A stretch of 63,575 nucleotides of DNA, counting the filler, from Octopus bimaculoides (Eukaryota), in assembly GCF_001194135.2 (NCBI RefSeq). It is 7 parts of 6 records of this genome, joined end to end, with 100 filler letters (N's around TTAATTAATTAA, not from the genome) between each part and the next. Parts side by side here need not be neighbours in the genome. Positions count along the whole stretch, not along the records: positions 29,014 to 39,701 come from NC_068986.1; positions 39,802 to 48,431 come from NC_068981.1; positions 48,532 to 63,575 come from NC_068985.1; 4 more parts are not named here. One strand, 5' to 3'. Under the pieces are notes generated by a model. That model was not told the origin of the DNA. It searched no databases and saw only the letters and a program-made list of their open reading frames with translations. Shown piece after piece: positions 38,772 through 50,832 of the stretch (within the stretch, counting starts at the first letter, position 1; every line of letters begins with the position of its first letter). The position numbers and the translations under genes were made by a program.

Positions 38772-39484
38772 GAGGGGGTTTCGAAACATGTGATATCATT
38801 TGGCAATCTAATAACTTTGCCAGTTCTTGTTCAAATGATTTCAAATTTTAGCAGGATGTGAAGAAACAGGTCAAAATTTTATGTTTAATGCTTGATATAT
38901 GTTTATCTTTTCAGGTATAGAAATGGCATTCACATTAAGAGAAAAGGTGTTTTGTGTGTTAGAACAGAGTCGAACAAGACTGTACACCATGCATTTGTGA
39001 GAATTCTCTAAAAAGTAACCAACGGCAATGCAGATTTGGAAATGGTACCAAAAATTAAAAGAGTGAGGCTGTGTGTACAGAGCAAAAGGATCTAGACAAC
39101 CACTAACATCGAAAGAGGTGGTCTAGTGGGTTCGCCAAAAACTCTTGTGAAGCACCAAGAAGTCCATAAGAAGAATAAGTTTGGAAACTCAGATTCCTTC
39201 AACGACAGTTTGACGCGTCCTGAGGAAACGCTTGCTAATAAATCCCTACAAGCTGCAGCTGGTTCAGGCCATAACGGCAGATGACAAGCGAAAGCGCAAC
39301 CATGGGGCTATGTGAACGGTCTAGTTTATATCCCCACTTTTCATGCAAACCTAGAGGAACTCGGGCAGAGAATCACTAGGGTACTGGAGGCTATTACCCA
39401 AGACATGCTGCAGCGTGTTTGGGAGGAGCTGGACTACCAACTTGACGAGTGCCGTGTCTCAGGCGGTGCGCATTTTGAATATTG
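38772..39484 (+). mobile_element. Internally deleted, decayed Tc1/mariner-superfamily transposon
   Basis: N-terminal MAFTLREKVFCVLE...QIWKWYQK...KKSIRRISLETQIP...NPYKLQLVQAITADDKRKR is joined directly to C-terminal WGYVNGLVY...LEELGQRIT...DMLQRVWEELDYQLDECRVSGGAHFE. The DDD/E core is missing. Confidence 0.8.
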
Positions 39485-39658
39485 ACTCTCTTACTCTTTA
39501 CTTGTTTCAGTCATTTGACTTGTGGCGATGCTGGAGCAACGCCTTTAGTCGAGAAAATCGACCCCAGGACTTATTCTTTGTAAGCCTAGTACTTATTAAC
39601 ACACCAGTATCGGTTGTTAAGCGATGTTGGGGGGACAAACACAGACACACAAACATAT

Positions 39659-39701
<43 letters not shown>

Positions 39702-39801
39702 NNNNNNNNNNNNNNNNNNNNNNNNNNNNNNNNNNNNNNNNNNNNTTAATTAATTAANNNNNNNNNNNNNNNNNNNNNNNNNNNNNNNNNNNNNNNNNNN
39801 N

Positions 39802-39837
<36 letters not shown>

Positions 39838-40128
39838 GTATATATATTTTAAGAAAGAGGAGGCAGTAGAAATTTGGGATAATTCTTGAGTCCTACTAAA
39901 TGGACAAAAGCGCTAATAATGAATGATCCTATGTAAAGTACCTCCGATCCTACCTTTCTGATGCAGTAGAACATCGAGATGCCCCACCTGTCTGTTGATT
40001 TCCATTTTCATCTCTGTAGACTGGAGTAACGTGTTATTGAAGAATACATACATGCATACATACACACATACATACATACACACATACATACATACATACA
40101 TACATACATACATACATACATACATACA

Positions 40129-40160
<32 letters not shown>

Positions 40161-40614
40161 AAGTAAGTTCTATTTTTCTTTAGTAGCAATACAATTTTAG
40201 CCTCACTGGAGAAGTAAACAAATTAGTTACAGCACAGATTTATATTTGTCCGTGGGCAAAGATACGAGCAATTTGATTAGTTCTTACTCCTATACATCTT
40301 ATATAGAACTATGAGAAGACTAGAAAGTAGAGAGATTGGTCTCAGTTTTTCTTCTGACGTAAAGATAACACTAATAGTATAAGCGCATTNNNNNNNNNNN
40401 NNNNNNNNNNNNNNNNNNNNNNNNNNNNNNNNNNNNNNNNNNNNNNNNNNNNNNNNNNNNNNNNNNNNNNNNNNNNNNNNNNNNNNNNNNNNNNNNNNNN
40501 NNNNNNNNNNNNNNNNNNNNNNNNNNNNNNNNNNNNNNNNNNNNNNNNNNNNNNNNNNNNNNNNNNNNNNNNNNNNNNNNNNNNNNNNNNNNNNNNNNNN
40601 NNNNNNNNNNNNNN

Positions 40615-40651
<37 letters not shown>

Positions 40652-41137
40652 CACCTAAATCTACATGTGTGTGCGTGCGTGCGTGCGTATATGTGCGTTT
40701 GTCTTTGCCTTAATATTTGTATGCATGCATATATAAACATATATATACACAGACGTGTGCATTTTTATAGTCCCCATAAACATATGCGTATTAGATATGC
40801 ATATGTATATACGAAATGTTATTCATATTTTTAAAGAAAGATCCAGAAAAGATAAGAGTAAAGCGCATAAAATAAATTCATATCTTTTGAGGTTTTGGCG
40901 AGTTTGCTGAATTTTCGTAGAAATATAAAAAGTAATTTGACAAATGTATGTGAATTATAAATTACACTTTTTATGGAAACGCACACGCATGGGCGAGCTC
41001 CGAGAAACACATACGCATGCACATACATGCCCATGCACATACATGCCCATGCACATACACATGGATACATACATTCATACACACACCCGTGCATACATGG
41101 GCAAACATGTCAATCCATCTGTATACATACACACACA

Positions 41138-41175
<38 letters not shown>

Positions 41176-42199
41176 NNNNNNNNNNNNNNNNNNNNNNNNN
41201 NNTATTAGTCTTTTCTACTCTAGGCACAAGGCCCGAAATTTTGGGTGAGGGCGGCCAATCGATTAGATCTACCCCAGTACGCAACTGGTTCTTAATTTAT
41301 CGACCCCGAAAGGATGAAAAGCAAAGTCGACCTCTGCAAAATTTGAACTCAGAACATTACGACAGACGAAATACCGCTATGCCTTACGCCCGGCGTGCTA
41401 ATGTTTCTTATTTCTTTACTGCCCACCTGGGGCTACACACAGACGGTACAAACAAGGACGGACAAATGGATTAAGTCGATTATATCGACCCCAGTGCTTA
41501 ACTGGTACTTATTTAATCGACCCCGAAAGGATGAAAGGCAAAGTCGACCTCGGCAGAATCTGAACTCAGAACATAAAAACGGACGAAATACCGCTATGCA
41601 TTTCGCCCGGCGTGCCAATGTTTTTGCTAGCTCACCGCCTTATGTATGTATATTAATACTGAGATTACATTCCTACTACTCAGAGTTTCGTGAATGTGTT
41701 TTGCTGACCATGTACATGGATTCTGAAAAAATTGGACAATATTTACTGCAAATCTAATATACTTGGACAATCACTGAAGTTGAACAAGTTATAGATATTA
41801 TTTTAAAGTTAACACATACTGTAGCTAGTTAACTTTTGTGGGAAACCTGGTTGGAGTTACACGTGGTTTGAGTGAGAAAATCGAATGCAAGTACTTGAAT
41901 ACTCATTTTTTATCCCTCTTCAAGCTTATCATTTTTGAGTGAGATTATTCGACGTTTAAAGGAGTTTATGTTCACATTTTAAATCCGATTTGGATCATTT
42001 GGCTTACTTTCATATTTTATAATCGTGGCTGTTTCTATACTTGCTTAACTCTATTATGAATCATTCTTCCAATCCTCGAAAATACTGAAAACATTTGCTG
42101 GTATATAATACAATATAATATGCGTGTGTGAATGGCTATACATATGTGTGCATATAAGCGCATGTAAATGTTATATCATATATGTGAATATATATATAT

Positions 42200-42410
42200 T
42201 CTTTTATTGTTTTACCGGGTTCAGTCATTTGACTGCGGCCATGCTGGGGCACTGCCTTTAATCGAACAAATCGACCCCAGGACTTATTCTTTGTAAGCCT
42301 AGTACTTATTCTATCGGTCTCTTTTGCCGGACCTCTAATTTACGAGGACGTAAACACACCACCTGTTGTCAACCGATGTTGGGGGAACAAATACAGACAC
42401 ACAAACACAC

Positions 42411-42484
<74 letters not shown>

Positions 42485-42655
42485 GATGGGTTTCTTTCAG
42501 TTTTCATCTACCAAGTCCACTCTACTATAGCCTCGGCCCGAGGCTATAGTAGAAGTCACATGTCCAAGGTGCCACGTAGTGGGACTGAACCCGGAATCAT
42601 GTGGTTAGTAAGCAAGCTACATACCACACAACCATAACACACAGCCACTCTTGTG
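42200..42655 (-). mobile_element. OK-like SINE, near full length (partial copy also at 39490-39660)
   Basis: Reverse-complement similarity to 4235-4638. Confidence 0.85.
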
Positions 42656-42744
42656 CCTATATATGTATATATGTATGTTTATATACATGTATAAATACAT
42701 ATTTAATTAGAGAAAGATAGAGAGATGCTTACTCACACACACAC

Positions 42745-43381
42745 AAGGTTCCTTCATTGGAATTTCAACATCAACAACAGGGTAATTTTATTTCTTTATA
42801 TGTATGCATGTATGGATGGGTGGATGGATGGATGGATGGATGGATGGATGTGCAGATTTAGATGTTTTATGTATGTATTCTCATGCATATAGTTACATAT
42901 CTAGACATGCTCATATATATTTAAATGATAAACTTCTGGAAAGTTTTACAGATTTTTACAGTTCCAGTGATGGATTGGGTCTATAGTCTTCGAATTAGCT
43001 TTCTCCTTTTGGGGTTTGAGAAGCCTAATTTCTCAAGATTGGTATTTAGGCAGTGTGTTACATATCCCAGGGCACCAATAATTACAGGTATAAACCTGAA
43101 CTTGTAATCTGGATAGAATAACTGCAGACTTCTCAACAGTTCAGCTTAGGTGTTCTCCTTTTCACTGATCTTTAGCTTTATGTCAACATCCGCTGGGCAG
43201 CTAATTTCCACAACTGTGCAGTTTCTCTTCTCTATCCCAAAACATTATATCAGGTCTGTTGTGCTTATTGAGGTCTTCACTGGTACATTCCACCAGTATT
43301 CCTTTTTATTATGAGTGGCTATGGCTTCTACCATATTGTGGGGTTTTATTTCCTTGCCCTTGGGATTATCCTTCCGACGGA
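42745..43381 (-). mobile_element. 5'-truncated R4/Dong-clade non-LTR retrotransposon: restriction-like endonuclease C-terminus plus 3' UTR
   Basis: EYWWNVPVKTS/KHNRPDIMFWDREEKLCTVVEISCPADVDIKLKISEKENT*...FIPVIIGALGYV...TGTVKICKTFQKFII* (stop at 42921-42923). One frameshift and two premature stops. Confidence 0.85.
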
Positions 43382-43413
43382 TATGTATGTATGCATGTAT
43401 GTATGTATGTGTG

Positions 43414-43446
<33 letters not shown>

Positions 43447-43483
43447 TTGTATCTGTATGTATCGATGTATGTATATTGCGGTA

Positions 43484-43842
43484 GTGGAGGCGCAATGGCC
43501 CAGTGGTTAGGGTAGCGGACTCGCAGTCATAGGATCGCGGTTTCGATTCCCAGACCGGGCGTTGTGAGTGTTTATTGAGCGAAAACACCTAAAGCTCCAA
43601 GAGGCTCCGGCAGGGGATGGTAGCGAACCCTGCTGTACTCTTTCACCACAACTTTCTCTCACTGTTACTTCCCGTTTCTGTTGTACCTGTAATTCAAAGG
43701 GCCAGCCTTGTCACTCTGAGAACTACGTTAAGGGTACACATGTGTGTGGAGTGCTCAGCCACTTGCACGTTAATTTCACGAGCAGGCTGTTCCGTTGATC
43801 GGATCAACTGGAACCCTCGTTGTCGTAAGCGACGGAATGCCA
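43484..43842 (+). mobile_element. tRNA-derived SINE, related to 36772-37087
   Basis: A box TGGCCCAGTGG, B box GGTTTCGATTCC, shared 3' gcaggctgttccgttgatcggatcaactggaac. Confidence 0.85.
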
Positions 43843-44656
43843 TCAAATTGCGGTGATATTTACTTGAGTGGTTTCGGATGTAAGTGTGAGTCTGTCCATT
43901 TATGTGAGCGTGTATCTTTACCCTTATGGGGACACGCTCTTGTGTACTGCGTACGGCATTACTAAAATACAAATGACTATGACGGTGGCAGAATTTTAGA
44001 ACTAGAACTAATTTAAGATGATCGTTAAATTAAAACTGTTAGGCATTTATATAATTCTTTGATCAAAAATTAAGCTGTGGTAAAAGTTCTGATAAATAAA
44101 AACACGTTTAAAGAAAAGTTTGTTCATTTTTATTGTTATTTTGATGTACATATACAAATTATTAATATTTTTTTCATAAAAGCATAAAAGAAACAAAGAT
44201 AAATCAAAATCTAAAACGCATTTTTCTGGTAGTCAGTGTCTTTTATGTTTATAATTGATTTATCATTAAACAAAATAGCAATTTAAGTCAACGTATACAA
44301 ACATATGAAATTGGTATTCTATATTAGTTATGTATATAAATGGAAATGGAGAGTCTGTTATTGTTAATCTAAGTTCATAAGATTATTTCATATTTAAGCA
44401 CAAACTGTAAGTATAAACAGCACAGTGTAAGCAGACACAGAATGTGTATAGTATATATTCTGGGTGTGTATAAATATACATAGTATGTTTGTAAGTATAG
44501 ACGGTATTTATGCATAAATTTATGTAGTATAAGTGTGTAAATATAAGTAGTTAATGTATTAATATTGAAGAACAGATAGGTGCATAAAAGTATGTGCAAG
44601 ATAATATGTACATAAATGCATAAGTAAATCGTATACATACATACATACATACACGC

Positions 44657-44725
<69 letters not shown>

Positions 44726-45443
44726 TGTGTATGTAGTTGAGGTGTGTTCTGTTAAGAACGTATAAGAGTACAAATAGAGCTCGTTCACCCTTTAAATCCT
44801 GTATATACGAGGATCTTTATGTATCGAGACATTTGTAGCGATTAAAATACTGCCTAACCTTACTTACTCTTCTTTTTGACTCTTTTACTTTGTACTTTAT
44901 ATATATACATATATATATTGTTGTATTTGGGGATGGTCATGTTGCCAGTTTAGCCAATAAATATATAAACGTATATATATATGCGAGTAAAAATAAATAC
45001 AAAAAAGGTGGGTTTTTTGTATGATTGTGTATAGAGGAATATATTATTTTGTTTAAAAGAGTTCCAACATTGTCTTTTTTTTATGTTTTATTTATATTCC
45101 TGCAGAACCAATGTTGTGTATAGAATATGGAATATACAATATATAATATAATATACAATATATAATATAAAATAAAATAAAAATGGATGGTACCATGAAA
45201 TAAAGTATTGAATGTAGATGAAATATTGAGTGTTCAATATAAAGGATCAAATANNNNNNNNNNNNNNNNNNNNNNNNNNNNNNNNNNNNNNNNNNNNNNN
45301 NNNNNNNNNNNNNNNNNNNNNNNNNNNNNNNNNNNNNNNNNNNNNNNNNNNNNNNGTGTGCGTGCGAAAATTTAGATTCAGATGTTGAGGCACCAGAATT
45401 TAGTACAATATTATCCATACAATTTCAAAATAAGATTATTAAA

Positions 45444-46045
45444 ATCAAAATAAGCAACAAGGATATCCAGAGGTAATGCAGTACGATTGTTACAAGCAAA
45501 TCCATTTAATTGAACAATGCAATCATTACATCAATTTAAATGCAGAGCAATCCTCAGCTGCATAAAGAGACATGGAATTTAATTAAATTAAAACAGATGG
45601 ACACATTAGTATTATTTTACCTAAAATCTCCAAGAAGGTAAGGAGATAGACAGAGAACATACTGTCTTCACTTCAGCTTAGAAGCTACAAAGGTATCAGG
45701 AAGAAAGACTTGTTACAGATTTTGCTTGTCACTGTTCCATGGGATCAGTTTTAATTTATAGACTAGTTTATCAAATCTTTGTATATCTAAGGCCAAAAGA
45801 GGAAGGAGCTTCTAAGCTGAAGTGAAGACAGCATGTTCTCTGTCTATCTCCTTACCTTCTTGGAGATTTTAGGTAAAATAATACTAATGTGTCCATCTGT
45901 CTTAATTTCATTAAATTCTATGTCTTTATGCAGCAGAGGATTGCTCTGCATTTAAATTGATGTAATGATTGCATTGTTCAATTAAATGGAGTTGCTTGAA
46001 ACGATCGGACTGCATTACCTATGGATATCCTTGTTGCTTATTTTG

Positions 46046-46047
<2 letters not shown>
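45444..46047. repeat. Long inverted repeat: ~240-bp arms with a 120-bp spacer
   Basis: 45444-45686 is the near-perfect reverse complement of 45807-46047 (over 90% by eye). Confidence 0.92.
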
Positions 46048-46084
<37 letters not shown>

Positions 46085-46142
46085 TGTTTGTAGAAATACT
46101 TAAATCCGGAGGAGAATCACACTCTAAGATGTAGAGCAGTTG

Positions 46143-46475
46143 ATATTATGGTGGAGTAGGCCGGTTCATGGGGTTACCCTGGGTTTCACGTTCATAAGGG
46201 GTTTAGTCTTACGGTGTATCTTCAGACTCTAAACGAAGGTAAACGAGTACCTCCTTGCGGCCACCACAGCCGATGACCAATAGCCAAGGCCGGAGACAAT
46301 CGTTTACCTTCGTGATGTTTTGGTGACCGCAAGATGGTAGCGCGGCCGAAGGGAGATAATCACCTAGGGTTTTACCATTAAAAGCGAGTGTTTTTCCCCT
46401 CCATATTTTAAATAGGTCTCTTATGAACGAGAAACCCAGGGTAAGCCCATAAACCGGCCTACTCCACTATAATAT
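46143..46475. mobile_element. MITE, ~330 bp, ~55-bp TIRs, probable TA TSD
   Basis: attatggtggagtaggccggttcatggggttaccctgggtttcacgttcataag versus cttatgaacgagaaacccagggtaagcccataaaccggcctactccactataat. Inner 13-bp IR cgaaggtaaacga/tcgtttaccttcg. Confidence 0.85.
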
Positions 46476-46499
46476 AAATATATATATACAAATGCCAGA

Positions 46500-46855
46500 A
46501 GGGGTCACCACTGTACAGTGCCAAAGATCCCAGCAATGCCGTCGCGCTTCAGGGCCAGTTACTGTAACAGCCTGGGTTTCAAAGGCCCATAGCTTTGTAA
46601 TATTCTCTCAAAGAGCCTGAAGAACATACACAAAGTGGATGTAGGTGTTTTCAAATCAAAATTGGATCTCTTCCCGTCGAGAGTCCCAGATGAGCCTACC
46701 TCACGGCAGGAGGCGCAAATGAGGGTAGCAACATCAAACTCTCTTATTCATCAAATGCCGCATATCAGAGGAGGCTCTCAATAATAACTATGTAGCAAAA
46801 TGGCGGTGCCCCAACATGACCACAACTTTGAGTTGATACTGATAAAATAAGAAAT
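46500..46855 (+). mobile_element. 3' end of a CR1-type LINE (ORF2 C-terminus plus 3' UTR)
   Basis: HCTVPKIP...NSLGFKGP*LCNILSKSLKNI...VFKSKLDLF...VPDEP...ATSNSLIHQ, followed by a ggcggtgccccaacatg tail. Confidence 0.8.
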
Positions 46856-47392
46856 ATATATATATAAATATCGGTAGTATGGTCGTATATCTCTGCAGTA
46901 TGTAAGGAAGGTATTTATGTAAATTCAGCTAGTGTAAACGTATAGCGCCCTATGTAGCATGCGTATTAGTCTGCGCATACGCTTATAAATATAGTTGCTA
47001 TATGTAATATAGCAACTATAGTTGCTATATAGTAATAGATAGAGTATATAAACACCTATGTAACATACGTGTCAATAGGCGAAGCATTCTGAGTTCTAAT
47101 CCCGCCGAGTATAAACTTACCTTTCATCTTTTCGAGACTGATAAAATAAATTACTGGAGTCAACAGTCATTATTAAGGCAGCGAGCTAACAGAATCGTTA
47201 GTACACATGGTAAAATGTTTAGGCGCATCTCGTCCATCTTTATGCTCTGAGTAAAAATTCCGCCGAGGTCGACTTTGCCTTTCATCCTTTCGGGGACGAT
47301 AAATTAAGTACTAGTTACACACTGGGGTTGATGTAAACGACTAGTCCGCTTCTCGTAAATTTCAGGCCTTGTGCCTTTCGAGGAAATGATCC

Positions 47393-47499
47393 TTCTTCTT
47401 CTTCTTCTTCTTCTTCTTCTTCTTCTTCTTCTTCTTCTTCTTCTTCTTCTTCTTCTTCTTCTTCTTCTTCTTCTTCTTCTTCACTGTGGTGATGGTGAC

Positions 47500-47566
<67 letters not shown>
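47393..47566. repeat. (CTT)n and (TAG)n microsatellites. Other long pure tracts: (CA)n ~27109-27187, (GAT)n ~33084-33143, (ATT)n ~37515-37590, (GAA)n ~38167-38243
   Basis: Direct inspection. Confidence 0.9.
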
Positions 47567-47567
<1 letters not shown>

Positions 47568-47822
47568 CAACATGAATACAACTAATAAGTAAGCGGTTTG
47601 GGGATACACGTTAGTTCCATTACAGAGAGATTGTCAGAAGCAAATATTTTGTCATGACTAAGTCTAACAGTCTACGTAAATCAAAATATACAATGTAACA
47701 TAAAAAGCAGTTGTCATTTCATCTTTCAGCAATTTCTGTTTTATGTCTATTCTCGCAGATCTTTTGGACATTGTATAAGTTGTTGGCCCTTCTGTTAATT
47801 ACTCATAAGGTCATTTTCATTT

Positions 47823-48098
47823 ACCATCACTGGCGCCATGCTGTTCATTTCTGAGACATCGAGACATCGAACATTTCGTTCGTTGTAGTGGAAATTAGAT
47901 ACGAAAATTCTGTTTTCAGACGCCGAACTGTCGATCGATCAGTGAAGCAATTTACTGTTTCGGATCCCAGGCGACTTGAAAACATTTCATGTACATCAAA
48001 TGAGGTGACTAGTAAACAACATTATAAGAAGCCATCTGAGTCAGAATGACCCTTTGACCTGTTGAAATCACATCCGGAAGCAGTCTACTATCGATAGT
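47823..48098 (-). promoter_or_regulatory. Weak candidate promoter and first exon
   Basis: Palindrome ACTATCGATAGT (DRE core) at 48087-48098, ETS-like CCGGAAG at 48074-48080, and downstream ATGGCGCCAGTGATG/GTAAAT at 47839-47825. CpG-richer unique DNA. Confidence 0.2.
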
Positions 48099-48532
48099 TT
48101 CGTGCTACTATATCATGAGCCGCATGTTCGTATTTGCTTTTGGCAGTGTGTGTTTGTGTATGTGTGGGTGGGGTGTTTGCGTGTTCGTATTCCACAGAAA
48201 AGGATTAGTATTCTACACATTATCCCAAGGAGCAAAAAAGGCAAATTTATAAATTTATAATCATAATTATAACTATAATTAAGGGTACGTGATAGTACCA
48301 TCGTTGCTAGGAATAAGAGTCGAAAAATACTCAAATAAACCACATCAGTGATATTGTGGCTTATTTGATTATTTTTCGAATCTTATTTCTAGCAAGGCTG
48401 GTACTTAATTTTAATTATAAATTTTTATTTANNNNNNNNNNNNNNNNNNNNNNNNNNNNNNNNNNNNNNNNNNNNTTAATTAATTAANNNNNNNNNNNNN
48501 NNNNNNNNNNNNNNNNNNNNNNNNNNNNNNNA

Positions 48533-48820
48533 TGAGGTTTTTCGAGCGAGATCGTTGACGGTGCCCCTGGACTGGCTCTTGTGCAGGTGGCACATAAAAG
48601 ACACCATTTCGAGTGTGGCCGTTTTCGTGCGGGTGACACGTAAAAGCACCCACTACACTCTCTGAGTGGTTGGCGTTAGGAAGGGCATCCAGCTGTAGAA
48701 ACTCTGCCAAATTAGATTGGAGCCTGGTGTTGCCATCCGGTTTCACCAGTCCTCAGTCAAATTGTCCAACCCATGCTAGCATGGAAGGCGGACGTTAAAC
48801 GATGATGATGATGATGATGA
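48533..48820 (+). mobile_element. (GAT)n-tailed retroposon, same family as 4945-5850, 5' side runs into a gap
   Basis: Near identity to the other two copies. Lacks ~20 bp (ccagtaccgcctgactggcc). Confidence 0.88.
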
Positions 48821-49600
48821 GTTTTTGTCTGAAGTCTCCAATATAAGATTTTAAACTTATTTCATTCCATTCCCAATGATGACAGTGGTTCAACAATGAA
48901 AAATTCTCATTAATACAACATAGCCAATTTGTTGGTTTGATTGACTGAGCAATTTATGCTTAACTGGTTAAGAAGTATGCTTCCCAACTGTGCAGTTTCA
49001 GGTTGATTCCCACAGTGAAATACATTGGGTAAATGTCTTCTAAAACCCAGAGCCAACCAAAGCCATGTGAGTAGATTTGGAAGTTGAAAGAAGTCTGTCA
49101 TGTCTTCACATCACATTATGGTTGTAATGAGTGATGCATTGTTTTCAATCTGTGAAAAACATCTCTGGTTATGGGAAATATTAGCTAACATGGCTCTTTT
49201 GCACAGCCAATTCAGGTTTTGGTGGTTCAGAAAAAAAAGCAGTCGTAAGGTTGTCCAGTGTGCTTACGTGTGAGACAGTCATCTCTCCAGCTGCATCGGA
49301 GTGAGTTGTATCATCACCAATGGTGAGAACTTGGAGAAGTCACCCAATAAGTTGTCGCCAAAAAGCTGGGCCCTCATGTTTGTTGTAAGAGTCAAAATTG
49401 TCACGTTCTGCCATAGGCAAGATAAGTTAATGCAAGCCATTACTGCGACGGCTATGGTATTGGAAATACAGTTTGTATGCCTAATTTGAGTAATACTAAT
49501 GTTAGTCATAGTATAGTGTCAGTGTGACAGCACACCCAATAACAACAACCAACATACATATGCCACTGGATACAGCAGTAAAATGTCAGATGGCTTTATC

Positions 49601-49638
<38 letters not shown>

Positions 49639-50064
49639 CTAGAAAATAATCACAAACTGATTAAAGTGAGCTGCATTAGAAATATGATTTGCAGGGTGAC
49701 TTTAAAAATGACACTTCATACATCAAGAAAATGCACATACAACAGAGGCATAAAGCCACTGGCTCTTTTCTCTACCACTACTATAATGGTTTCTACTCCT
49801 CAAAAATTGCTGGGTTCATGCTGCTTTCATTCTTGCACTCTTTTTTTACTTATCTCTCCTCCTAACATCACCCCCTTGTTATGTCCAACTATCAGACCAC
49901 CACATTAACCACTATATCTTGTCCTTTTTTTTCCAGAATGCCATCCCTCTAGAATCTCCCCCTTGTTCATATCTTCCCCACAGATGTTGACTTAGAATGG
50001 TTCAAGAGAAACATTAATGCATTGATCTCACTAGTCTAAGAGGATGGGCACTGCCTCAAGCAAA

Positions 50065-50100
<36 letters not shown>

Positions 50101-50229
50101 GAAGGAACTATTTACATCAAACAGAACATATTTTGTCAGTATCTCAGATACTGAGAAATGTGAACCAGTTGAGATGGGAGTAAAGTGAATGTAGAGAGGC
50201 CATTGATGATAAATAGGAAAGGGGATGAT

Positions 50230-50600
50230 AAAAATGAGTGGATGCAATCAGCACTTCTTTATACAGCTGTCCGCATGCATAAGCATCATATGCCCATTGC
50301 CCTTTTTTTTTTTTTTCTCACAACAATTGTACTCTGCCATTCATGCACATTTAGCAGAGCATGCTTGCTTCACTTCTTTCCAATCTTGTGTCCTCCACTT
50401 TCAGAGGACCATGTCTAACTACCATGTAGCATTGCAGTTTGTACACAAGCATCATAGCTTGCATTTCAGAGAGAAACCTTTGTTTCCAACAATGATTAAT
50501 AGTTCTCTGAGCTTTTTCCAACATGCTCTTATTCTAGGCTATTATACTTTCAGATTCTCTTCCTCTGCTAATTAGGTCACTGGGTAACAGAAGCTATCTA
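50230..50600 (-). mobile_element. RTE-clade LINE fragment (post-RT region)
   Basis: RIRACWKKLRELL...GFSLK...DACVQTAMLHGS*TW...RLERSEASML. Confidence 0.7.
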
Positions 50601-50715
50601 CTACCTCTTGGGTATTTGAGAAAATATATTACCCTTGTGTTCTTAGTGATTATTGCTTCTACAGACAAAAATTTTCAGAAAAAAAATTGTTTTTTACTTT
50701 ATTTCTTCAACCCAC

Positions 50716-50832
50716 CTGCTGCAGCTCTCCGTTGTTCAGACAAACGAAATACTTCTTCCAATTCTTTAGCTTGGTAATCATGAAGACTAGAAGTCAAGGC
50801 ACTGTACCAGGTAGGATCTGCTGTCTGAAGGG
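50716..50832 (-). CDS. IPO7: Importin-7 penultimate coding exon (SLQTADPTWYSALTSSLHDYQAKELEEVFRLSEQRRAAA)
   Basis: Acceptor ttcttttgcag, donor GTGGGT, 117 bp, phase 1 to 1. Matches IPO7 IQ..NP.WY.ALT..L...Q.K.L......ADQRRAA. No stop codon, so a final exon is required. Confidence 0.92.
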
